From the NCBI GenBank assembly GCA_037147115.1, contig JBAWVV010000003.1, positions 1 to 33,073 of the forward strand: a DNA stretch of 33,073 nucleotides, in the 5' to 3' direction. Made by a program: the position numbers and the translations under genes. Source of the DNA: Planctomycetia bacterium. Lineage in GTDB: Bacteria; Planctomycetota; Planctomycetia; Pirellulales; UBA1268. The notes under the pieces are model-generated. The model was not told the origin of the DNA. It made no database searches and saw only the letters and a program-made list of their open reading frames with translations. Shown here piece by piece: positions 25,807 to 33,073 of the stretch (its first letter is position 1; the number at the start of each line of letters is the position of its first letter).

Positions 25807-27816
25807 ATGACGTCCGCCTCCGCCCATCCCCGCTCCCCTGCCCCACTCCGTCCTCGCGGCGGGGGGCTGCGCGCGGGCATTCTCGGTCTTCGCGCGGGAA
25901 CGGCGTCGATGCTGCTGGTGCACATCGGGCTGTTTTTCGCCGTCTGGTTCGCCTCCTTCCTGACCCGTTGGGACTTCCAGCCCGATGCCCCGATGGTGGC
26001 GATGTTTCGTGCCACGGTCGTCTGGGTCGTCGTCGTGAAGACGATCGTGTTCCTCCTCCACGATCAGTTCCGCTGGCGGTTCGGCAGGCTGTCGTTCGCC
26101 GATCTCGGCCGGCTCGCCTTCACCACGACCCTGGCCACCCTGACGCTGGTCGCGGTCGACGTCGTCCGGGAGGCCGTCGGTGTGCTCCCCGGGCTCGGCC
26201 AGAGGCTCCCCCGAAGCGTGATGGTGATCGATTGGGCGGCGACGATGCTCCTCATCGGCGGCCTCCGTGCGCTGCCGCGGACGATCCGCGAGGTGTTCAG
26301 ACCATGGATCACCAGCGGCGACGTCCGTTCAGCTCTGATCGTCGGCGCCACGGAGACCGGCGAGCTCCTCGCGCGGAATCTCGCGGCCCACCACGCGCCG
26401 TCGTACATCGTCGTCGGCTTCCTCGACGACAACGTCCTTCTCGGCGGTTCGAGGATCGCCGGGCTCCGCGTGCTCGGCCGCGTCGATGACGCGAGGAAGG
26501 TGCTGCGGCAGCGCCCGGTCGACGAGATCCTCGTCACGGCCGGGGAGCTCCCGAGGTCGGTGTTCCGCCGGCTCCTGAGCGATGCCGCCGAGTTCGGCGC
26601 GAACGTGAAGGTGATCCCATCGATGGGCGAACTGCTCGCCTCGGGAGGGGCCGTCGCCTCCCCGAACGTCCTGCGGCCGGTCGAGATCCGCGATCTCCTC
26701 CGCCGGGAACCGGTCGTTCTCGACGACTCGGCGATCGAGGGAATCGTCCGCGACCGCGTGGTCCTCGTCACCGGAGGAGGCGGGTCGATCGGGTCGGAGA
26801 TCTGCCGACAGGTGCTCCGTTACCGTCCGCGCCGGCTCGTCGTCGTCGAGCGTGCCGAGAACGCTCTGTTCGACGCTGAGAACGGCCTGGTGTCGCTGCG
26901 GACGGGGGTGCCGATGGCGTTCGTTCTTGCCGACATCCTCGACGAATCGCGGATCAGGAATGTCTTCGACACCGAGCGGCCCGAAGTGGTGTTCCACGCG
27001 GCGGCCCACAAGCATGTCGCGATGCTCGAGCAGAACCCCGGGGAAGCGGTCACGAACAACTGTTTCGGCACCCGGTTGCTCGTGCGTCTGGCCGAGGAAT
27101 ACGCCGTCGGGCGTTTCGTTGCCATCTCCACCGACAAGGCGGTGAAGCCGTCGAGCGTGATGGGATGCTCGAAACTCCTCGCCGAGCGGTATGTCCAGGC
27201 GTTCGCGGCCACGGCACGGACGACGTTCGTCGTCGTCCGTTTCGGCAACGTCCTCGGGAGCAACGGCAGCGTGGTGCCGAAGTTTCAGGAGCAGATCCTC
27301 CGGGGGGGCCCGGTGACCGTCACCGATCCTGACGTCGAGCGGTTTTTCATGACGATTCCCGAGGCCGCGCAACTCGTGATCCAGGCCACCGCAATCGGGA
27401 AGGGGGGAGAGATCTTCCTCCTCGACATGGGGCCCGCGGTGAAGATCGTCGACCTCGCCCGCGACATGATCTCCCTTTCCGGCTGCGACGAGGAGGAAAT
27501 CGGAATCGAGTTCACCGGACTTCAGCCGGGAGAGAAGCTCGCCGAGGAGCTGATCTCCGCGGAGGAGCAGAGGGTGCAGACATGGCATCCCAAGGTATGC
27601 TGTGTCATCGGACCAAAGGCGGTCCTGGAGGAGATTGAAGACCAGTTCGACCGGCTCCACGCGCTTCCCGGCGAACCCCCGGACGTGATCCGTGAATCCC
27701 TCCAGCGGATCGTCCCCGAATACCGGCCAGCGATGCCGCCCCGGGGCACCGTCGGGGCAGTTCCCGGCGACCGATTTTCCGCAGCCATCACAGAAAGGCC
27801 TGCCCGTGGCGGCTGA
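25807..27816 (+). CDS. Membrane-bound UDP-GlcNAc 4,6-dehydratase (PglF/WbpM/CapD family), copy 2
   Basis: N-terminal TM segments, LIVGA, VGFLDD, IRDLLRRE, TGGGGSIGSEICRQ, HAAAHKHV, STDKAVKPSSVMGCSK, RFGNVLGSNGSVVP, RFFMTIPEA, PGEKLAEEL; start ATG 25807 (alternative 25783). Confidence 0.94.
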   Translation: MTSASAHPRSPAPLRPRGGGLRAGILGLRAGTASMLLVHIGLFFAVWFASFLTRWDFQPDAPMVAMFRATVVWVVVVKTIVFLLHDQFRWRFGRLSFADLGRLAFTTTLATLTLVAVDVVREAVGVLPGLGQRLPRSVMVIDWAATMLLIGGLRALPRTIREVFRPWITSGDVRSALIVGATETGELLARNLAAHHAPSYIVVGFLDDNVLLGGSRIAGLRVLGRVDDARKVLRQRPVDEILVTAGELPRSVFRRLLSDAAEFGANVKVIPSMGELLASGGAVASPNVLRPVEIRDLLRREPVVLDDSAIEGIVRDRVVLVTGGGGSIGSEICRQVLRYRPRRLVVVERAENALFDAENGLVSLRTGVPMAFVLADILDESRIRNVFDTERPEVVFHAAAHKHVAMLEQNPGEAVTNNCFGTRLLVRLAEEYAVGRFVAISTDKAVKPSSVMGCSKLLAERYVQAFAATARTTFVVVRFGNVLGSNGSVVPKFQEQILRGGPVTVTDPDVERFFMTIPEAAQLVIQATAIGKGGEIFLLDMGPAVKIVDLARDMISLSGCDEEEIGIEFTGLQPGEKLAEELISAEEQRVQTWHPKVCCVIGPKAVLEEIEDQFDRLHALPGEPPDVIRESLQRIVPEYRPAMPPRGTVGAVPGDRFSAAITERPARGG

Positions 27817-29011
27817 AGGTCCGGTTCGAGTCCCGTTCGTGCGTCCGGCCCTTCCGGCGGCGGAGGAGATCCAGCCGCATCTCGAGGCGATCTGCCGGTC
27901 GGGCCGGTTGACGAAGGGCCCGTACCTCGAGCGTCTCGAGGCCGCGGCGGCGGCGCATCTCGGCGTCCGGCATGCCATCGGTGTCAGCAGTTGCACGACC
28001 GGCCTGATGCTTGTCTACCGGGCGCTGGCGGAGCTCAAGGTGACGGGGTGCCGGGCCGCGGCCAAGGTCGACTGTGCCACGGCGACGGTGCTGTCGGGTG
28101 GCGACGAAGCCGGCGGCGAGGTCGTGATGCCGAGCTTCACGTTCCTGGCGGCGCCGGCGGCGGTCGTTTGGAATGGCCTCCGCCCGGTGTTCGTCGATGT
28201 CGATCCGGCGTCGACCAACGCCCGGCCGGAGGCGGTGGCGGCGGCGATCACGCCCAGAACGGTAGCAATCTCGGCCTGCCACAATTTCGGCAATCCCTGT
28301 GACGTTGCCGGGCTCCGTCAGGTTGCCACGAAACACGGCTTGCCGCTGGTCATCGACGCCGCCCATGGGTTCGGAGCGTTTCAGGCGGGGAGGCCCCTCG
28401 GGGGCGGGGCAACGGCGCAGGTCTTCAGCCTCTCCCCGACCAAACTCCTCGTCGCCGGTGAAGGGGGGATCGTGGCCACCGACTGCGATTGTCTGGCCAC
28501 GCTGATCCGGGTGGGGCGCGAATACGGCAACGATGGCTCCTACAACGCCCAGTTCTCGGGCTGCAACGGTCGCATGCCAGAGATGTGTGCCGCTACGGCG
28601 TGGTTGGGGCTCGGCCGGCTGGACGAGGTGGCGGCCCACAGGCGGATGGTTGCCGCGGCTTACACGGCGGCGCTCGGTGGGATCGCCGGCATCGGATTGA
28701 TTGTGGTCGGTCCCGGCGATGTCTCGAGCCACAAGGATTTCTCCATCACCATCGATCCCGATCGGTTCGGTGCCACGCGGGACGACCTCTGCCGAGCGCT
28801 GGCCGGTCGCGGAATCGAGACGCGCACGTATTACGATCCCCCCTGTCACCGTCAGGTGGCATTCCGGCGGTTCCACGACGGGCGGGCCGACTTGCCCGTC
28901 ACCGACAGTCTCTCGGCGCGGAGTCTGTCGCTCCCTATCGGACCGCATGTCGATGCGGCGGTGATCGGCGAGGTCTGTGGGATGATCGCTGCCTGCCAAC
29001 GGCGCGACTGA
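27806..29011 (+). CDS. DegT/DnrJ/EryC1/StrS PLP-dependent sugar aminotransferase
   Basis: VSSCTTGL, VVMPSFTF, PVFVDVD, VIDAAH.FG, FSLSPTK (PLP Lys), GEGGIV, ETRTYY, LSLPI; GTG 27806 overlaps the upstream stop region. Confidence 0.93.
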   Translation: MAAEGPVRVPFVRPALPAAEEIQPHLEAICRSGRLTKGPYLERLEAAAAAHLGVRHAIGVSSCTTGLMLVYRALAELKVTGCRAAAKVDCATATVLSGGDEAGGEVVMPSFTFLAAPAAVVWNGLRPVFVDVDPASTNARPEAVAAAITPRTVAISACHNFGNPCDVAGLRQVATKHGLPLVIDAAHGFGAFQAGRPLGGGATAQVFSLSPTKLLVAGEGGIVATDCDCLATLIRVGREYGNDGSYNAQFSGCNGRMPEMCAATAWLGLGRLDEVAAHRRMVAAAYTAALGGIAGIGLIVVGPGDVSSHKDFSITIDPDRFGATRDDLCRALAGRGIETRTYYDPPCHRQVAFRRFHDGRADLPVTDSLSARSLSLPIGPHVDAAVIGEVCGMIAACQRRD

Positions 29012-29083
29012 CGGCCGGGGGCCTCGGGACCATCGGCCCCCGGGGGGCCGACCACTACCAACGGATCAGGGAGAAACGGAGCG

Positions 29084-29761
29084 TTGTTGAACTCTTCGCC
29101 GGCGACGGTCGGTGAGCGGCCCGCCGGGCCTCGGGGGCTCTATGCGCGCTTCGTCAAGCGGGGTATCGACACCGTCATCGCCGCCGCGCTCCTCGCGCTG
29201 CTGTTGCCGGTGTTGTTGGGGACATGGGCGGCGGTCGTGGCGGTGCTCGGATACCCGGCTTTCTACTCTGACAGGCGGGCCGGACGGGGTGGAGTGCCGA
29301 TCGTGATCGGGAAGTTCCGTTCGATGTCCGAGGGGGTCGGCCGGGACGGTCAATTGCTCGCCGACGCGGAACGGTTGGGGGCATTCGGCCGCTTTCTCCG
29401 GCGAACGAGCCTCGATGAGCTGCCCCAATTGGTGAGTGTCCTGACCGGCGACATGAGCCTGATCGGCCCAAGACCGCTCCCGCTGCGCTACGTCGGCCGG
29501 TATGATTCTCGACAATGCCGCCGTCTCGAGGTTTGTCCCGGATTGACGGGGCTGGCCCAGGTTTGGGGCCGGAATGGCCTTGATTGGCCGGCCCGGCTCG
29601 AACTCGACGTCCGATACGTCGAAATGCTCTCCCGCTGGTACGCTCCGTTGGTGGATATCGGCATCTTCGTTGCCACCTTCGGGGTCGTTGCCTGGCAGGG
29701 GCTGACAGGACGGGGAATCTCGGGGGCAGGGTCGGTGACGATGAAGGAGTTCGAAGCATGA
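29084..29761 (+). CDS. Bacterial sugar transferase (PglC-like monotopic phosphoglycosyl transferase)
   Basis: KRGID, KFRSM, GRFLRRTSLDELPQL..VL.GDMSLIGPRP, PGLTGLAQV.GRN, RLELDVRYV; TTG start at 29084 or 29087. Confidence 0.93.
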   Translation: MLNSSPATVGERPAGPRGLYARFVKRGIDTVIAAALLALLLPVLLGTWAAVVAVLGYPAFYSDRRAGRGGVPIVIGKFRSMSEGVGRDGQLLADAERLGAFGRFLRRTSLDELPQLVSVLTGDMSLIGPRPLPLRYVGRYDSRQCRRLEVCPGLTGLAQVWGRNGLDWPARLELDVRYVEMLSRWYAPLVDIGIFVATFGVVAWQGLTGRGISGAGSVTMKEFEA

Positions 29762-30048
29762 CGTCCATCGACGGCGCGACGCGCGACATCGCCGCCGAAG
29801 TGCGCGAAGCGATCCTGGCGGTCTACCGGGATACCGCCCGCCCGCCGCGCGAGACGCCCGGCTCAGCCCTCCTCGGCCGCGACCTCGGCCTCGATTCGCT
29901 CGATCTGGCCCAGGTCATCGTGCTCCTCGAGCGTTCGCTCGGTGTCGATCCCTTCCGCGATGCGAGGGGCTCTGCCCCTCACGCGCCGATCCGCACGGTC
30001 GATCACATCGTCGCGCTCTATGCGGCCACCCTCGCGGCGCGTTCCTAG
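29758..30048 (+). CDS. Acyl carrier protein
   Basis: 96 aa; DLGLDSLDLAQVIVLLE (phosphopantetheine Ser) …IRTV; RBS aaggag and ATGA overlap with the PglC-like stop. Confidence 0.9.
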   Translation: MTSIDGATRDIAAEVREAILAVYRDTARPPRETPGSALLGRDLGLDSLDLAQVIVLLERSLGVDPFRDARGSAPHAPIRTVDHIVALYAATLAARS

Positions 30049-30107
30049 CCTCGATCTCCATTTCAAACTCATCGTGCCTTCGTCCACCCCGAGCCCCAGC
30101 CACGATC

Positions 30108-31508
30108 ATGCCATCCTCCGTCTCCCCGCCACGCTCTGCCCAAGCCCAGGCTCCTGACGTCGCCGACGTCGCCGCGCCGGCACGACTGGCTGCCGCCATC
30201 GAGTCGGTCGCTGCCGCCGACCCCGACCGCGTGGCCATCGTCACGGCTGCGGGGCTCGGGCCAGACCGGCGGCAAGCGGTGTCGTACGGCATGCTCGCCA
30301 CGTTTGTCGCCGCCATGGAACGCCGTCTCGCGGAGGCCCATCCCATCGGCGTGATCGCCCGCTCGGGCGAGATCGCCGCGCTGGTTGCCATCGTCGCGGC
30401 CTGCGGAAGGCAGCGTGTCCCGCTTGCCCTGGTGGCCGAGGACTCGCGGGACCTCGTCGGCGAGCTGCGCGATTGGAGTGTCTGCGGGGACGATCTGGCC
30501 GTCCCCTCGCCACCCGCCCAGGGACGCTCACGCCGCGAACACGACTCCTCCTCACCACAGGTCGTCGTGGCGACCTCCGGGACGAGCGGCCCGCCGAAAC
30601 TCGTCGAGCATTCCTGGGACTCGCTCCTCGCCGCGGCGCGGCTCGCGGAGCAGTGGCATGGGCGCGGCTGGATCCTCGTCTACGACGGCACTCGCTGGGC
30701 CGGGACCCAGGTCTGGCTGCAGGCGATCCTCACCGGTGGACGTCTGATCGTGCCGGCCTCACGCGATCCAGACTGCGTCGCCCGGGCAGCCGCCGACGAG
30801 GATGTCTCGATCCTCCCTGCCACGCCGACGCTCCTGCGGCGCGTGATCGCTTCCGCCGATTCCGACGCCGTCGGCAGGATGAAGCTCGATCGGATCACCC
30901 TCGGTGGCGAGGCCGCCGACGGCCAGCTGCTCGAGCAGGCCCGGGCCCTCTTCCCGACGGCGCGGGTGACGCATGTCTACGCCACCACCGAGCTGGGCGA
31001 GGTGTTCCGCGTGAGTGACGGTTTGCCCGGCTTTCCTGCCGAGTGGCTCGGCCGGGCCCTGCCGGGAGGGGCAAAATTGTCGACCCGTCGCGATGGCGAG
31101 CTTCTCGTCCAACTCTCGCGCGACACCGCCGAGGTGGCGACCGGCGATCTCGTCGAGCGCCGTGGCGAGCGGTACGAATTCTCCGGCCGACGCAGCGACA
31201 CGATCTTCGTCGGCGGGGCCAAGGTCTTTCCTCGCAGGGTCGAGGACGTTCTCCGCGCCGTGCCCGGTGTCGCTGACGCGCGGGCCTACGGCCTCCCCAG
31301 CGCGATCACTGGGGAGATCGTCGCCGCGCAGATCGTTGCCGTCGATCCCCTCCCCGAGGGTGTCACGCCGGAGAATCTCCGGGCCGCGGCGCTGGCGGCG
31401 TGCCGTTCGGCCCTCGAGGCACACAGCGTCCCTCGTGTGCTCGACTTCACCCGGAAGCTGTTCACGAATCCATCGGGCAAGGTGCCGCGAAGGCCGGTTG
31501 GCCGATGA
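30108..31508 (+). CDS. AMP-binding (ANL superfamily) acyl-AMP/ACP or acyl-CoA ligase
   Basis: ATSGTSGPPK, ITLGGE, VYATTE, TGDLV, GRRSD.I.VGG.KV.P..VE, PSGKV. Confidence 0.9.
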   Translation: MPSSVSPPRSAQAQAPDVADVAAPARLAAAIESVAAADPDRVAIVTAAGLGPDRRQAVSYGMLATFVAAMERRLAEAHPIGVIARSGEIAALVAIVAACGRQRVPLALVAEDSRDLVGELRDWSVCGDDLAVPSPPAQGRSRREHDSSSPQVVVATSGTSGPPKLVEHSWDSLLAAARLAEQWHGRGWILVYDGTRWAGTQVWLQAILTGGRLIVPASRDPDCVARAAADEDVSILPATPTLLRRVIASADSDAVGRMKLDRITLGGEAADGQLLEQARALFPTARVTHVYATTELGEVFRVSDGLPGFPAEWLGRALPGGAKLSTRRDGELLVQLSRDTAEVATGDLVERRGERYEFSGRRSDTIFVGGAKVFPRRVEDVLRAVPGVADARAYGLPSAITGEIVAAQIVAVDPLPEGVTPENLRAAALAACRSALEAHSVPRVLDFTRKLFTNPSGKVPRRPVGR

Positions 31509-32329
31509 ACGGGCCTCGATCGGGGCCGGTCAGCAACCGGGGCCGAGCCACGGTCGAATCCGACACGCCCTCCGCTGCGGTGTGTGAGGTCACGACGATC
31601 GTGTCGGGGGGATCCCGTGGGCTGGGGTTGGCCGTGGCCCAGCGGCTGCTCCAGCGCGGTGACCGGGTGGCGACCTTCTCTCGCTCCGGTTCGGCACCGC
31701 TGGTGGCATTGGCAGCGAAGCATCCCGGCCGGGTGCACCACGAGCAACTCGATGCGGCTGACTCCGACGCCGTGCGCCGGTTTGTGGGGAACACCGTCGA
31801 GCGATTCGGCCGGGTCGATCATTGTGTTGCCAATGCGGCGGTGGCGGCGGAAGGGATCCTCGCCACGATGGCCGATGCCGACATCGACGCCATGCTGACG
31901 GTGAATCTTCGTGGGGCGATCGTCCTGGTGCGCGAGTGTGTCAGGCAGTTCCTCGCCCAGCCGCGTTCCCTTCCCGATGCCGGAGCGGGATCGATCGTCA
32001 TGGTGTCGAGCGTGGTCGCGGCCAGGGGCAGCCCGGGGTTGGCCGTGTATGCCGCGACGAAGGCCGGTTTGGAAGGGTTTGCTCGTTGCCTCGCCAGGGA
32101 AGTGGGGCCGCGGGGCATCCGCGTCAACGCCGTTGCTCCCGGCTTCCTCGCCACCGACCTGTCGGCGACGCTCTCGCCCAGCGACCGGGAACGCATCGTC
32201 CGCAGGACACCCCTAGGACGGCTCGGCGACACGGCCGACATCGTCGGGGTGATCGACTTTCTCACCGGTCCCGGCGCGGCGTTTGTCACCGGCCAGACGC
32301 TCACGATCGATGGCGGAGGCGCGACGTGA
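31505..32329 (+). CDS. SDR oxidoreductase (FabG/3-oxoacyl-ACP reductase-like)
   Basis: SGGSRGLG, VANAA, VSS, YAATK, IRVNAVAPG, TPLGRLG, FVTGQTLTIDGG; ATGA overlap with the ligase stop. Confidence 0.92.
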   Translation: MNGPRSGPVSNRGRATVESDTPSAAVCEVTTIVSGGSRGLGLAVAQRLLQRGDRVATFSRSGSAPLVALAAKHPGRVHHEQLDAADSDAVRRFVGNTVERFGRVDHCVANAAVAAEGILATMADADIDAMLTVNLRGAIVLVRECVRQFLAQPRSLPDAGAGSIVMVSSVVAARGSPGLAVYAATKAGLEGFARCLAREVGPRGIRVNAVAPGFLATDLSATLSPSDRERIVRRTPLGRLGDTADIVGVIDFLTGPGAAFVTGQTLTIDGGGAT

Positions 32330-32412
32330 GCCGCTGCGCCGCGGTGGGGTAGAATGAGGGCCGAGTTGTCCCCTTTCCCGGTTTGTCTGGATCCGCTCCC
32401 GGGAGTCTGCCG

Positions 32413-33073
32413 GTGCCGAATCGACGTTTCCCTCTCTGGCCGGAGTGCCACCGAATCCTGATCGTCGGGGCGGGTGGCTTCGGACGCGAGGTCCGCTGCT
32501 GGATCCGCGATGCCTGGCCGGAGGGCGGGGCTGTGTTCACAGGTTTTCTCGATGCGGATGCGTCTCGCGGTGGAGCCCACGGCCCGGTTGTCGGCGATCC
32601 GGCCTCCTATCAGCCGATGTCCGGCGACGGCCTCCTGCTGGGGATCGGGATCCCCGGGGTTCGGAGGCGATTGGCCGAGACGCTCGCCGCGCTCGGAGGG
32701 CGGTTCCTGACGCTCGTCCACCCCACGGCCGTCGTCGCGCCCTCGGCGGTCATTGGGGAGGGAGCGATCGTCTGCCCGCATGGCATCGTCAGCGCCGATG
32801 CCGCGCTCGGTCGGTGTGTGCTCGTCAATTACCACGCGTCGGTGGCGCATGATGCGGCGGTCGGCGATTACGGCGTGCTCGCCCCGTATGCCACGCTCGG
32901 TGGGTTCGCCCGGGTCGGTGCGGACGTGTTTCTCGGTCTTCACGCCTCGGTCGGTCCTGGGCGGCAGGTCGGCGATCGGAGCAAGGTCAGCGCCAATTCA
33001 TGCGCGCTGGCCGACGTTCCCGCCGACACGCTCGTCTACGGTGTGCCGGGGCGGCACGGGCCGCTCCTTTCCT
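32413..33073 (+). CDS. Sugar N/O-acyltransferase, hexapeptide (LbH) PglD/PerB/VioB/NeuD family; nearly complete at the window edge
   Basis: Not in the ORF track; translated by hand from GTG 32413 (RBS gggag at 32401): MPNRRFPLWPECHRILIVGAGGFGREV…GFLD…LGIGIPGVRRRL…FLTLVHPTAVVAPSAVIGEGAIVCP…VAHDAAVGD…VYGVPG. Confidence 0.9.
   Translation, partial: MPNRRFPLWPECHRILIVGAGGFGREVRCWIRDAWPEGGAVFTGFLDADASRGGAHGPVVGDPASYQPMSGDGLLLGIGIPGVRRRLAETLAALGGRFLTLVHPTAVVAPSAVIGEGAIVCPHGIVSADAALGRCVLVNYHASVAHDAAVGDYGVLAPYATLGGFARVGADVFLGLHASVGPGRQVGDRSKVSANSCALADVPADTLVYGVPGRHGPLLS

Noticed and set aside
31819-32943. 374-aa minus-strand ORF
   Set aside because: Antisense to the SDR and acyltransferase genes.

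Overview
High-GC bacterial DNA whose gene families point to a planctomycete (inference). I find about 28 credible CDSs and no rRNA, tRNA, CRISPR array or mobile element. The left part holds a truncated CinA-like/HxGH nucleotidyltransferase, a secreted Cys/His-rich protein, a sugar-catabolism trio (Gfo/Idh/MocA oxidoreductase, 3-epimerase, MFS transporter), a YpfJ metallopeptidase, an SDR-DUF2867 protein, a PglF/WbpM-like plus WbpL-like pair, a CDF exporter, a second Gfo/Idh/MocA and an esterase. The middle holds a small lipoprotein, a helical-repeat/CHAT protein lacking its catalytic dyad, TauE, an ABC exporter and a TPR protein. The right part is a surface-glycan locus: a Wza-like lipoprotein diverging from PglF-, PglE- and PglC-like genes, followed by ACP, AMP ligase, SDR and an LbH acyltransferase. 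Top observations: (1) the Wza carries an extra C-terminal GGGI-CWVAREVYG domain resembling CFI-box-type, possibly self-processing, modules; (2) a bipartite motif CAAAGTYTGCC-N10-GCCGAT (sigma28-like, longer spacer) lies upstream of both wza and the small lipoprotein 10.7 kb away, each within a 9-bp-period array; (3) an ACP/AMP-ligase/reductase module probably N-acylates the initiating amino sugar. All family assignments come from motif recognition by eye, not database searches.
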